DNA of 64,000 bases from the NCBI GenBank assembly GCA_965200875.1, contig OZ241456.1, positions 1,728,001 to 1,792,000 on the forward strand, given 5' to 3'. Of the stretch, positions 28,069-38,321 are shown one piece after another; position 1 is the first letter of the stretch, and the number at the start of each line of letters is the position of its first letter. Origin of the DNA: Bdellovibrionales bacterium (GTDB lineage Bacteria > Bdellovibrionota > Bdellovibrionia > Bdellovibrionales > UBA1609). The notes beneath the pieces were generated by a model. It searched no databases. It saw nothing but the letters and a program-made list of their open reading frames with translations, and was not told where the DNA came from. A program made the translations under genes and the position numbers.

Positions 28069-29898
28069 CTATAACCGGCAAGTTTTTTTGCGAATGGATA
28101 TTTTTTTCGGTGCGGTAAATTCTTCTCCTGGTGGAGGAACTTTTTGTTTCATATAAATAAGCTCAATATGTTTAACAGCTCGGCTGGTTTTCTTTGTGTT
28201 CCATTGATCACATAAATATTGTAAATAATATTTACTGTATTTTTTATGTTTATATACCAGATTTTCCAGCATTTTTCTAAACCGAAAAACCGGAAAAGTG
28301 GTGTCATATCTATGAGGTTTCTCCATATCCAAAGGCTTTCCTTTCCGCCAAAGATCTATCTTCTCTTCTGTGTCTTTGGTAACCGCAGAGAGAATAATCC
28401 ACCCGGTGGTATCCATAGGTTTAGGAGCAAACATATTCCAATACTGATATAAATGAAAAAAAGCTCCAAAGCCATTCCACTGCTTGGACATATATTGTCC
28501 ATAATATTTAAAATTCACAGTACGAATATTCCAAGCCAACACATATAAAAAACAAATAAAGAAAAAAACAGCCAATCCAACAGATAAGAAGGTGCGTCTT
28601 TGATGTGATTTTTCCGAAGCTTTCAGTGCTGGTATAAAGTACCCAAGTTTTCTTCTGTTTTTAGCTGTCTTTTTGTAAAGCCAGTCTCCTGCACAGGAAA
28701 TCCATTTTGTTCTCAAAAGTGGAGCCAGATAAAAAAACAAAGCAGAATGAGATAATAATACCCTGAAAGCCTGAAAACGCCCATGCCATTTTGTTTCTGG
28801 ATCAAATACCACCCAAGAGTTTCTTTTTTCCGACTCTGAAAGGGCCTGTTCATCCGATTGAATGGTAAAAACAGATACCTTCTGCAAAATCAAAAAGGTT
28901 TTTATCAGAAAAACAGTTTTTCTGCAAAAAGAACAATGCCCATCATAATAAACCTTAAGGACTTTTTTCTTATTTGGAAAGCAAGATATTTTTTCCCAAA
29001 ATTCCGGTGGCAAAAGAGCTAGCCACCCTGCCATACAAATATACGAAAAAAGCCCAAGATGCAAAAAAAAGCCTAAAGACAAATGAAACAAACACATACA
29101 CAAAATAAGTACTGTTTTTACACGCCATAAAAAGCCAAAAAATACAAATAGAAAGAAAATTAAATTTTCAACCACATAATAAGTTATGAAAGACAACATT
29201 CGCATAAGACTAGGATACTGCAATAAAATATCACCCCATACTGTTCTAAAGTTTTCCAACATTAAAGCGTAATACACTCCCTGATTAGTTTTCCATACTT
29301 CATGGGATTTCAGTATATAAGTAAAATAATACACCAATAAAATTTGCAAAATAAATACCACGGAGTTTACAGAAAAAACCGGCTTTTCTTTTTGATCGCG
29401 TAAAGCACCATCTATGGAAAAATATTTTCCCAAAGGAAGGCGCAAAGCCCAAAATAACAACATACCAAGCAGTATATCTCCTGAGTTAAGAATCAAAAAA
29501 TTGCGGGATTGAAAAGACACCAATAATATCCATGATCCCAACAAAGCCCATTTTGTTTTATATCCAACAAGCAACATTAAAAAAAATATTATTGCTAAAA
29601 TAAATAATGCCCACTGGTATACCAAAAGCGGAGACACAAAATTCAAGGAACTAACACTGGACTGAAAAGAACCCTTATTCCAGAAAGCCCAAAAAGGCAA
29701 AAGACCTTTATTGCTGTAAAATAAAGTAAACCAGGGCATACGAGTGAATATAAAATCCACGATTAAAATTAAAGAAACAAGCACTCTAAACAAAGCCAAA
29801 GAACGTGTATCTAAAGAGAAATTATATTTAATTTCCTGAGCCAGATGTTTCCAAAAAGTTTTTTTTGGTTTCAAACTTTTTTGATTAGCATTTTCCAA
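28069..29898 (-). CDS. HTTM-domain membrane protein with an inserted DCC1-like (DUF393) thiol-disulfide domain
   Basis: 'DTRSLALFR', 'RNFLILNSGD', 'LPLGKYFSID', 'YYDGHCSFC' (DxxCxxC), 'QYWNMFAP'. Confidence 0.8.
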   Translation of the reverse strand: MENANQKSLKPKKTFWKHLAQEIKYNFSLDTRSLALFRVLVSLILIVDFIFTRMPWFTLFYSNKGLLPFWAFWNKGSFQSSVSSLNFVSPLLVYQWALFILAIIFFLMLLVGYKTKWALLGSWILLVSFQSRNFLILNSGDILLGMLLFWALRLPLGKYFSIDGALRDQKEKPVFSVNSVVFILQILLVYYFTYILKSHEVWKTNQGVYYALMLENFRTVWGDILLQYPSLMRMLSFITYYVVENLIFFLFVFFGFLWRVKTVLILCMCLFHLSLGFFLHLGLFSYICMAGWLALLPPEFWEKISCFPNKKKVLKVYYDGHCSFCRKTVFLIKTFLILQKVSVFTIQSDEQALSESEKRNSWVVFDPETKWHGRFQAFRVLLSHSALFFYLAPLLRTKWISCAGDWLYKKTAKNRRKLGYFIPALKASEKSHQRRTFLSVGLAVFFFICFLYVLAWNIRTVNFKYYGQYMSKQWNGFGAFFHLYQYWNMFAPKPMDTTGWIILSAVTKDTEEKIDLWRKGKPLDMEKPHRYDTTFPVFRFRKMLENLVYKHKKYSKYYLQYLCDQWNTKKTSRAVKHIELIYMKQKVPPPGEEFTAPKKISIRKKTCRL

Positions 29899-29948
29899 AG
29901 CTCATCTCCTCTTCAGACATCAGATTCCTCTGATCCTTGTTTTATATC

Positions 29949-31406
29949 TTATTCTGTTTGAGATTTTCCAAAGGAATCAAATATACTTTGAGCCACATCT
30001 TGGTAATGGGAGGAACAGATACTAAATACTTTCCCTCCTGTCATGGTACTTAAATCCGCTATCTTATCGGAAAAATCCCCCTCAGGAAAAAAAATCTGTT
30101 GAGCCTGGTTTTGATTCAGACAATCTGTATCATCTTCAATAATAATGATTCCATACACTTCAAATCTTTTGTTTACTCCGTGAACACTCCTAAACTGTTC
30201 AATCACCTCTTTTGGTTCCGTAGAGAAATCAGATTCCCCTCCTCTCTCCTTGGAATTACTGATAATAACAACAGCCAGATCTGCTTCTTTCCGGAAAAAA
30301 TCCTCATTCTTAACCAAAGCGGATTTTAAAGACTTCAAAGGCTGTTCTTGGAGACTTTGACAAAAAGGCGGTAAATGACATACATTCAGGTTTTCCGGTC
30401 TGCCCATGTTTCCTGTAACTCTATATTCTCCCGTTTTGTGTGTTGAAACACTGTCCAAAAAAATCTGATCATAATCCGACATTCCCTTCTGCAAATAGTA
30501 CAAATTTAATATCTTCCCCGCCTTTTCCAATGGCATGATCTCTCCCTTTAAAGCTCCATAATTCAAAAAGAAAACACCTGTCTCTCCATAATCTGCGTTA
30601 GTAAGAGCGAATCGCCAATTCAAAGTGGAAAAGTATCTTAAAAATCCTGAAAATTTTTCCTTAAATTGTCTTAAATGAGGAATCATGGATACAGATGTAT
30701 CCATAACAAACAGGATATCCAAAGGTCGAGGGATAAATACTATGGGAGGCACTTCCTCCAATACCGGAGACGGAGTGGAAAAAGAGGGAAGAGGATTTTC
30801 TTTCACTTCGGGTATACGATTCATCAGGTCTTGGCCATTTTTCACAAGTTCAAAAGCCGTGGTATCTCGTGCCTCTAAATGAGGTACAGGGCCTGATATG
30901 ACAGACTGAGTGGGAAGAGACGACGGAGGAGAAACTGGCGCGGGAGATGGCGAAGGTGGAGGTAAGGGCTGAGGAGAAACTGGCAAAGGTGGAGGTAAGG
31001 GCTGAGGAGAAACTGGCGAAGGTGGAGGTAAGGGCTGAGGAGAAGACGGAGGATTATCTTTTGTCAGAGAAAGAGCTGTTTCCGGTTCCGGCAAATGGAG
31101 AGTTGGAATATCTGCACCAGCTAGCTGAATCAACTCTGTTTTTCCATCTAAAACAACCAGCTCTTTTTCTTCAGGTTGTTGATAAATAATTTTTTCTCTC
31201 TTCGGTCTGTTTAGACTTATATCTTTTCTCTGAAACAATTTCATTGAGTTTCGATCTGTTATCCTTGGTAAACTTTTACTATCTGATTCATTTTCTTCCA
31301 TGTCAAAAAAATATACAGCTTTGTTGCAGGAAACAAGAAAAATACAAAATACCACTAAAACATATTTCACATTTAATTTCCTCTTTAAATTAAATACACC
31401 TGACAA
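29949..31406 (-). CDS. vWA/MIDAS-domain lipoprotein with Pro-rich repeat linker
   Basis: Lipobox 'FLVSC' (true start may be GTG 31370); 'SPQPLPPP' repeats; 'DILFVMDTSVSM'; 'CHLPPFCQ'; 'TGGKVFSIC'. Confidence 0.75.
   Translation of the reverse strand: MSGVFNLKRKLNVKYVLVVFCIFLVSCNKAVYFFDMEENESDSKSLPRITDRNSMKLFQRKDISLNRPKREKIIYQQPEEKELVVLDGKTELIQLAGADIPTLHLPEPETALSLTKDNPPSSPQPLPPPSPVSPQPLPPPLPVSPQPLPPPSPSPAPVSPPSSLPTQSVISGPVPHLEARDTTAFELVKNGQDLMNRIPEVKENPLPSFSTPSPVLEEVPPIVFIPRPLDILFVMDTSVSMIPHLRQFKEKFSGFLRYFSTLNWRFALTNADYGETGVFFLNYGALKGEIMPLEKAGKILNLYYLQKGMSDYDQIFLDSVSTHKTGEYRVTGNMGRPENLNVCHLPPFCQSLQEQPLKSLKSALVKNEDFFRKEADLAVVIISNSKERGGESDFSTEPKEVIEQFRSVHGVNKRFEVYGIIIIEDDTDCLNQNQAQQIFFPEGDFSDKIADLSTMTGGKVFSICSSHYQDVAQSIFDSFGKSQTE
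30948..31044. repeat. Intragenic tandem repeat, about 3 x 33 bp
   Basis: tggc(g/a)aaggtggaggtaagggctgaggagaaac at 30948, 30981 and 31014; encodes (V/S)SPQPLPPP(S/L)P. Confidence 0.9.
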
Positions 31407-31586
31407 GAACTATGCTTTTAAAGCTTTCGCTCTTTAATAAGAAAGAGAGTAGTCCTGATGCTAAAGCACATTATAAATAAGAATACCAAAAGCCAAACAA
31501 ATGAGTATGGGTTAATGAGTGACCTGGTCTACTGTCTTGTCATAGATAAAAAAACCGAAAACGACTTTATATTTTTGCCCGTCTTT

Positions 31587-32519
31587 TTATAAAGATCGAA
31601 TGATAACAGTCGCTAAAGGAGAGTAGTCCGGTTCACAAATACTGAGTGCTCTTCCTCCCGTCATCCGAACAAATTGATGGATATTTTTACTGTAAGAAAC
31701 CTTCGCAAAGTTATATTTTTCATCGTTATTACTGTTAAAACAAGTATCATCTCCTGGAAAAATAGAAATACTATATATTAATATTTTCTTCTCCTTTCCG
31801 TAATTTTCCTGAAAACGGCGAATAAACAAATTCGCAGCAGAGGATTCTCTAATATGCACATCATCCCCGTTTGTAAAAATAATTGCTACAAAAATGGCTT
31901 CTTTTCTGAGAAAATTTTTATTGGCAGAAAGAGAATTAATAAGAGAACCAATGGGAGAGCGAACATTGCTTTGGCAGTAAGGAGGCAAGTCACAAGGGTT
32001 TATGTATTGACCAGAGGCAGTATGCTTTATATCCCCTTGTTCATATCTTTTTAAAGTATCTAGGAAAATTTGCTTGTTATTTACAACATAAGGGTACAAA
32101 AACCTGTATGGCAAGATATTCCCATTTAATTCCAGTCTCATGGCCTTTCCATTAAACAAGTCCTGACTGTAATAAGAACCAGAATGAAAATCATAATCCG
32201 CATTTGTAAAAGCTATTTTCCAAGAAACAGGGGAAAGATAAGATATAAAGTTTTTAAAAGTTTTATCCACTGATTGTAAATACTTAACCATAGCATAAGA
32301 GGTATCAACTATAAATAAAATATCTGCTTTCTTCCTAGTATTGGAAACAATAACACTAGGCTCTTCGCTATGATCCTCGCTTTCCTCTTTCTCTTCCTTC
32401 AGGGAAACGGAAGGGGTAATGATTTCCTCTTTTTCCATAATTTGGGAATCGCTAGGGAAAAATCCACACCCACAAAAAAAAACAGAAAAAAAGAAAAATA
32501 CAAGAATACAATTTAACAT
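31587..32519 (-). CDS. vWA-domain lipoprotein with a degenerate MIDAS
   Basis: Lipobox 'FFCGC'; 'DILFIVDTSYAM'; 'CDLPPYCQ'; 'TGGRALSIC'. Confidence 0.72.
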   Translation of the reverse strand: MLNCILVFFFFSVFFCGCGFFPSDSQIMEKEEIITPSVSLKEEKEESEDHSEEPSVIVSNTRKKADILFIVDTSYAMVKYLQSVDKTFKNFISYLSPVSWKIAFTNADYDFHSGSYYSQDLFNGKAMRLELNGNILPYRFLYPYVVNNKQIFLDTLKRYEQGDIKHTASGQYINPCDLPPYCQSNVRSPIGSLINSLSANKNFLRKEAIFVAIIFTNGDDVHIRESSAANLFIRRFQENYGKEKKILIYSISIFPGDDTCFNSNNDEKYNFAKVSYSKNIHQFVRMTGGRALSICEPDYSPLATVIIRSL

Positions 32520-32521
32520 AC

Positions 32522-33745
32522 TTACTTGTTAAAATCGATAGTGATCTGATTCGCCAAAGGTGTATAACTTCCACTACAAAGACTGTAATTTTTTCCTCCT
32601 GTCAGTGTAGACAGTCTGGCCAATTCTGTTCCAAACACACCTTCTCCTCCCCAAGATCCACTGGCGTATTTTTCCATGCAGGCTGTATCTTCCCCAGGAA
32701 CCATAATAATTCCATAAGAAATTAATTTTTTATTATCCATACTCCATTGCTTTTGAAAGACATTAATAACATTCTGAGCGGTTGTCCGTTTTTCCGGATC
32801 TGTGTGTTCCCCTTCATCACTGTCAGAGAAAATAATAGTGGCCACATCCGCTCCGGGACGAAAAAAACTGCGGTTAAACTCAAAAGAAGCCTGCAAAGCT
32901 TTTAAAGGCTGTTCATCCCAACCCTGACAACCTGGAGCTAGTGAACAAGGGTCTACGGCTTTATAGGGATTTCTACCATAATATTCACTAAAATTATGTA
33001 ATCTTAAAGTATCCATAAAAATAGCTCTATAGTCTAGCATATTCTTCTTTAAAATTGTTTGTTCTCCCAACAAATAACCATTTCGCTCAAGAGTAATAGC
33101 TGTTCCTTTACCAGGCGCCAAACTGTTATCACTATAATCCGCAGTGGTGAACATCATTTGCCAATCCAACATTTCCAAAGCCGTAATAAAACCCGCGAAA
33201 GTCGTCTGAACTTTCTTTAAAAAATGGTTCATGGAATTAGAGGCATCCACAACAAATATAATATCCACTTTTCCCGAACTGGTTTTTTCTGGCCTGCCGT
33301 CAAATTCAACCGGACCACTTGGTCGCTCTAAAGGCTCTATTTCTCCTGTTAAATCTGCACCCATCCTTTCCTCTGGTGGCAGTGTGCCCCTTTCCTCTGG
33401 TGGCAGTGTGCCCCTTTCCTCTGATGTAAATCTTCTGCCTTTACCTATTTTTTTCACTTCCACTTCTTCTCTCAACTCAGCAACCCAAGAAGGTTCTGCC
33501 TCTCCTGCCGGCTTAGGAACAGGCTTTGGAATAACCATATCCTGCACATTTCTTCTATGCACTTTTCTTCTTGCCCCCTTGCCTTTGGCAGGAGGCTTGA
33601 TCTTTTCTTCTCCCTTCCCTTCAGCCATCTGCGTATCCAGTTCTGCGACAAAAGGAGGAGGGCTTTCAAAGGCAAGAGGAAAACCACAACCTGTTAGAAA
33701 TACTGTGAATATAAAAACGATTAATACCTGCATAATCACCCCCAT
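32522..33745 (-). CDS. vWA/MIDAS-domain lipoprotein
   Basis: Lipobox 'FLTGC'; 'DIIFVVDASNSM'; 'CSLAPGCQ..DEQPL'; 'IFSDSDE'; 'TGGKNYSLC'. Confidence 0.75.
   Translation of the reverse strand: MGVIMQVLIVFIFTVFLTGCGFPLAFESPPPFVAELDTQMAEGKGEEKIKPPAKGKGARRKVHRRNVQDMVIPKPVPKPAGEAEPSWVAELREEVEVKKIGKGRRFTSEERGTLPPEERGTLPPEERMGADLTGEIEPLERPSGPVEFDGRPEKTSSGKVDIIFVVDASNSMNHFLKKVQTTFAGFITALEMLDWQMMFTTADYSDNSLAPGKGTAITLERNGYLLGEQTILKKNMLDYRAIFMDTLRLHNFSEYYGRNPYKAVDPCSLAPGCQGWDEQPLKALQASFEFNRSFFRPGADVATIIFSDSDEGEHTDPEKRTTAQNVINVFQKQWSMDNKKLISYGIIMVPGEDTACMEKYASGSWGGEGVFGTELARLSTLTGGKNYSLCSGSYTPLANQITIDFNK
33365..33423. repeat. Intragenic tandem repeat, about 2.5 x 24 bp
   Basis: cctttcctctggtggcagtgtgcc repeated; encodes EERGTLPP. 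Confidence 0.85.
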
Positions 33746-33751
33746 ATATCC

Positions 33752-33779
33752 TGATCGGTCCGGTTAAAAACAGACTGAA
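33752..33779 (-). promoter_or_regulatory. Putative sigma-28-type promoter of the vWA lipoprotein cluster
   Basis: TTCA-N16-ACCGATCA, 6 nt before ATG 33745. Confidence 0.45.
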
Positions 33780-33962
33780 GTAAAAAAACAAAACAACAGA
33801 GGTTAAATAAAAAAATAGACTCAAGGTTTAAGCTAATAATCCAGTAAATGAGATAATATTGCACATCCACAAGACTACAGATTTAAGACTAAAGTAATCA
33901 GTTCTGAATAAGTCGGAAAATAATTGCCAAGAATGTAAAAAGATTTTTTCAAAAGGTACTGT

Positions 33963-34976
33963 TTATTCCAGACTGACTAGCTTGGGATTCAGCTTGATTT
34001 TTGCTGATGATCGGGAAGAACGCATCCATGATAAAAAAACCATACGAGAAACCATCCTGTCCCCGAAAAAATCTCTGGAAAAAGGAAAAGCAGATTCTTC
34101 CATCGAGTCTTCTTTTTGAAGAGTAAAACTATCCACTCTCAAAATAAAGGATTTATCCCGTGTATTTATAATTTTTTTAACTATGCCGGTGGAAGGCAAG
34201 TGAACCAACACCTCATCGAAAAGCACTTTTTGATCTTCAAAGCCCGGCAAGGAAACACGATTTAAATTAAACTTACCAGTTTTTTCCCACTTCCAGTTTT
34301 TATTCTTAACAAGCGAATTTAATAACTCAAGATCCCCTTCCTGCAAAAAAGCCTCTATACTGTTAAATTCTGAGGCATCCATTCCCATTGATGAAAACTG
34401 AATATAGCTTACCTGTAACTGAAAAGCCCTCAGTTTTCTTTTTTTTTCTTTTCCGGCTGAAGATGATTGCACCGCGAAACTAAATATATTCTGAAATCGG
34501 GCAGTTTGTATTTCTTTTCTTATCAAATTTTCGAAGTAACCCGCAGAAAAGCGATTGGCAGTTAAAAAAGCACGATATTTAGAGTGCATAAACTGGCCTT
34601 CTTCCTGAAGAAAAGAAATATCTGCGACTCTATCCTGTATCTCCTTTGCAGAAATTACAAAACCAAACTTTCGTGCTGACTGAGCCATAAGCTCCATACT
34701 CAACAAAGTCTCAACCGCCTGGCCTTTTAACTGTTCCTGACGCCTTGCATCTAAACCTGTGTCCATCTGAGATTGATTTTGCTCCAATGTTTCCAAATAT
34801 CTACGATATTCAGACCAAGAGATTACTTCATTGTTCACCCTTAAAGCCACCCCACCCATATTGGACATTTGACTGACAGGCACACCAATAAATACAAACA
34901 CTAGGCAAATTAATCCAAAAATAATATAATAAGCAATATTTTTCGCAAGCTTTGGCTTTCTGAGTTTTTCAAACAT
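33963..34976 (-). CDS. SurA N-terminal domain protein (PpiD-like chaperone)
   Basis: 'MFEKLR...YYIIFGLICLVFVF', 'VALRVNNEVIS', 'FLQEEGQF..SKY'; no PPIase domain evident. Confidence 0.75.
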   Translation of the reverse strand: MFEKLRKPKLAKNIAYYIIFGLICLVFVFIGVPVSQMSNMGGVALRVNNEVISWSEYRRYLETLEQNQSQMDTGLDARRQEQLKGQAVETLLSMELMAQSARKFGFVISAKEIQDRVADISFLQEEGQFMHSKYRAFLTANRFSAGYFENLIRKEIQTARFQNIFSFAVQSSSAGKEKKRKLRAFQLQVSYIQFSSMGMDASEFNSIEAFLQEGDLELLNSLVKNKNWKWEKTGKFNLNRVSLPGFEDQKVLFDEVLVHLPSTGIVKKIINTRDKSFILRVDSFTLQKEDSMEESAFPFSRDFFGDRMVSRMVFLSWMRSSRSSAKIKLNPKLVSLE

Positions 34977-35028
34977 AATATTGTTTTATAATCTTATACA
35001 TAATAATCAAGAAGAATAGGAGATCATT

Positions 35029-35859
35029 TTGCACTTTTTCAATTTTGATATAAAAAAAGCTCTTTTAATTATCTTTCTTATCATCATGCCCATATTTTTA
35101 ATGACTTTAAGTCAATCTAAAACAGAAGACACTTTGATTTTTAAATTTTTTGTCTTGATAAACAGTAACATACAATCTGTTTATCACTCTTTGACTTCTT
35201 CTGTATATGATACAACCGACACTTACTTGAATTTGATTCAAATCAAGAAAAATAATCGAAAATTGAAAACAGAAAATCAGCTGATTAAATCCCGTTTAAC
35301 ACTTATGAAAGAAATAGAGCTGGAAAACAAACGATTAAAAGCCATTCTTAAGTTTAAAGAAACCAGAAGTTTTCAGTTTATTGTCGCTCAGGTTATTGGC
35401 CGTGACCCTATTTCTGAATATCAGCTAATCACCATTAATCGCGGTCAAAATCATGGCCTGAAAAAGAAAATGATTGTCACCAATGAAAATGGAGTAATTG
35501 GTTATATATTTCGGGTTTTGCCTCGCGTTTCACAAGTCATTTTACTGACCGATCCTCATGCTGTTATTCCCGCTGTTATCCAACGATCCCGAGTATACGG
35601 ATTAGTGGAAGGCTCAAATACACAAAACTGCAAACTGAAATACCTGAAACGAAGGGATGATGTGAAAAAAGGTGATATCATTGTCACTTCCGGCTTATTA
35701 AACTTATCTCTGGCGGGGCTTCCCATTGGAACTGTTACAAACATAAAAAAACAAAAATACGATCTCACGCAGGAAGTCACTGTCACTCCTTTTATTAATT
35801 CTTCGCGACTGGAAGAGGTGTTTATTGTGAAAAAAAGGGCCTACCCTCAAGGAGAATGA
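35029..35859 (+). CDS. mreC: Rod shape-determining protein MreC
   Basis: 'ENKRLKAIL', 'AQVIGRDP', 'INRGQNHG', 'GDIIVTSG', 'GLPIGTV'. Confidence 0.92.
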   Translation: MHFFNFDIKKALLIIFLIIMPIFLMTLSQSKTEDTLIFKFFVLINSNIQSVYHSLTSSVYDTTDTYLNLIQIKKNNRKLKTENQLIKSRLTLMKEIELENKRLKAILKFKETRSFQFIVAQVIGRDPISEYQLITINRGQNHGLKKKMIVTNENGVIGYIFRVLPRVSQVILLTDPHAVIPAVIQRSRVYGLVEGSNTQNCKLKYLKRRDDVKKGDIIVTSGLLNLSLAGLPIGTVTNIKKQKYDLTQEVTVTPFINSSRLEEVFIVKKRAYPQGE

Positions 35860-35865
35860 TTTTAT

Positions 35866-36399
35866 ATGTTTATCAACTACAAACTGGCTTTTCTAAATTA
35901 TACGACCATGATAATATTTATTCTGATGATTACCCTGCTTCAAAATGTATGGTCCGGGTTATTTGGTTTTGATATTCCCATTTATTTATGGATACCCTGT
36001 ATCATATACTGGAGTCTTTACCGCAAAACCGGGGAAACCGTATTTATGGTGTATTTTATCACTTTAAATGTCGCCTCCACCTCCGCTTTATCGGCAGGTT
36101 ATCTGCTGGTCTGCAATTCACTGGTTTTATTGGTGATTTTATTATTCAAGAGAGTTTATTACACAAGTCTTACTTTTTTCAGCAAAGCCTCAGCTCTCAC
36201 TTTGCTTCTTTATCCAATAGGCTTATGGACTTTATCCCAAACTATGGAAGGGAAGGGTTATTTACAGGGAATCCTGCCTTGGCTAACAGGATCTGTAATA
36301 ACTTGGATTCTTTCTTTTCCTTTATTAAGTCTTTTTCAAAAAGTGGATAGTGCCACCACTATCAAAACGGAGGGGCAAAAACAGCCCATGAAACCATGA
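35866..36399 (+). CDS. mreD: Rod shape-determining protein MreD-like
   Basis: Multi-TM 177-aa protein between mreC and mrdA. Confidence 0.6.
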   Translation: MFINYKLAFLNYTTMIIFILMITLLQNVWSGLFGFDIPIYLWIPCIIYWSLYRKTGETVFMVYFITLNVASTSALSAGYLLVCNSLVLLVILLFKRVYYTSLTFFSKASALTLLLYPIGLWTLSQTMEGKGYLQGILPWLTGSVITWILSFPLLSLFQKVDSATTIKTEGQKQPMKP

Positions 36400-38321
36400 G
36401 AGAAACACTTTCCCGTACGGAAGAGGAACTTCAGGAGATCATCCAAAGATGGAAATGGGTGAGTTGGATTATTGTTGGAGCTGGATTAATTTTAGGAGCC
36501 AGACTTTGGTATTTGCAGGTTATCCACGGAGAAAAACTCAGAAAATATTCTGAAATAAATCGTCTTAAAGAAAAAAAAAAACCAGCCTACAGAGGATCAA
36601 TTTTTGATCGCCATAACAATATTTTAGTGGAGAACCTTCCAGACCAAGAACTCACCATTACCCCCCAATACATAAATGATCTGGAACAAGCTGCAAAAAA
36701 AATTTCCAACATCATTCCAATAGCTCCAAAGCAGATTATGGAAAAAGTCCATGAAGGAGAGAAAAAACATGGATCTTTTCGTCCGGTTGTTATCAAAAAA
36801 CACCTCACTTTAACTCAGATAGCCAAGTTAAAACGTTTAAAACCGTATTACACAGGGCTGACTATACAGTCAGCAAGTATCAGACACTATCCTTTGAAAA
36901 AAAATGGAGCGCATTTGTTTGGCTATTTAAGTGAAATAACCAAAAATCAAGTCAATGAATTTAATAAAAAGTACGGAAATCGTTTTCATTTTCAACCCGG
37001 AGATCTGGTGGGAAAAAGCGGACTGGAGTCTGCATGGGAATATGAGTTAAGAGGTAAAGACGGTTTTTCTTTTGTAGAGGTGGATGTCCATAACCGAAAA
37101 CCCCCATCCAATATTACAGGGCTTTTAAGTGTTAAGCCAAAAGACCCCATTCCAGGAAGAAATCTTATTTTAACCATTGACAAAAAACTACAGCAAAAAG
37201 CCTATTCCAGTTTTCTGAGAAACGACAAAACCGGAAAGCGTCATGGTTCTGTTATTGTTATGAAAAAAACCGGAGAAATTTTGGCTTGGGTTTCTTACCC
37301 TTCTTACGACCCCAATCATTTTTCCAAGGGGTTTTCCTCCGGGGAATGGATGAAACTGGCACATGATCCCTCCAAACCTTTCAGAAACAAACCCATACAG
37401 GATCATTACGCTCCTGGTTCTGCTTTTAAGCCTATTGTTGCCCTAGCTGCTTTACAAGAGGGACTCATCACAGCTGACACTTTAATGGATTCACCAAAAG
37501 AGATCTTTTTCGGCAACAGAACCTACCACGATTATAGAAAAAAAGGACATGGGGCCATTAATTTAAGCACAGCCATTGAACGATCTGCCAATGTGTTTTT
37601 TTACAAATTGGGCATACAGATGGGTATTGACCTTATAGCAAAATACGCACGACTTTTCCACTTGGGCCATAAAACAAATATTAAAATGGAAGGGGAAGTT
37701 GCAGGACTTATCCCAGATTCAAAATGGAAAATAAAAAACCTGGGAGAGACTTGGCAAGCCGGGGAGAATCTGGTACATGTTATCGGCCAGGGTTTTATTT
37801 TAGTCACCCCTTTACAGCTGGCTGTCGCTTACAACGCAATTGCCACTTCTGGAAAAATTGTTCAGCCCTTTGTCGTAAAAAAAATCACAAACTTCAATGA
37901 TCAGGAGATTAAAAGCTTTCCGCCTAAAGTCATCAGAACCATTGATAAACAAATTGCTAACCGACACTTTAAAACTGTGCGAAAAGCTTTGGAAAAAGTG
38001 GTGCATGGCCCACAAGGAACTGCACGATGGTGGAAAACAAATGAAGTGAAAATAGCGGGTAAAACCGGAACGGCTCAAGTTATGTCGTTTTCAAAAGAGA
38101 GCATCCATGAAAAATGCCAAAAAAGACCAAAAGAGCAAAGGCATCATGGTTGGTTTGTAGCTATGGCTCCGGCTGAAGAGCCGGAAATCACAGTTTCCGT
38201 TCTCACGGAGCATTCCTGTTCCGGTTCCGGCGGATCCGCACCCATCGCACGGGATATCATCCATTTTTATTTTAAAAACAAATTAAATTTTTCTGATCTG
38301 AAAAGGAATAAAAATCAATGA
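36396..38321 (+). CDS. mrdA: Penicillin-binding protein 2
   Basis: 'RLWYLQV', 'RGSIFDR', 'PGSAFKP', 'SANVFFY', 'KTGTAQ'. Confidence 0.95.
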   Translation: MRETLSRTEEELQEIIQRWKWVSWIIVGAGLILGARLWYLQVIHGEKLRKYSEINRLKEKKKPAYRGSIFDRHNNILVENLPDQELTITPQYINDLEQAAKKISNIIPIAPKQIMEKVHEGEKKHGSFRPVVIKKHLTLTQIAKLKRLKPYYTGLTIQSASIRHYPLKKNGAHLFGYLSEITKNQVNEFNKKYGNRFHFQPGDLVGKSGLESAWEYELRGKDGFSFVEVDVHNRKPPSNITGLLSVKPKDPIPGRNLILTIDKKLQQKAYSSFLRNDKTGKRHGSVIVMKKTGEILAWVSYPSYDPNHFSKGFSSGEWMKLAHDPSKPFRNKPIQDHYAPGSAFKPIVALAALQEGLITADTLMDSPKEIFFGNRTYHDYRKKGHGAINLSTAIERSANVFFYKLGIQMGIDLIAKYARLFHLGHKTNIKMEGEVAGLIPDSKWKIKNLGETWQAGENLVHVIGQGFILVTPLQLAVAYNAIATSGKIVQPFVVKKITNFNDQEIKSFPPKVIRTIDKQIANRHFKTVRKALEKVVHGPQGTARWWKTNEVKIAGKTGTAQVMSFSKESIHEKCQKRPKEQRHHGWFVAMAPAEEPEITVSVLTEHSCSGSGGSAPIARDIIHFYFKNKLNFSDLKRNKNQ

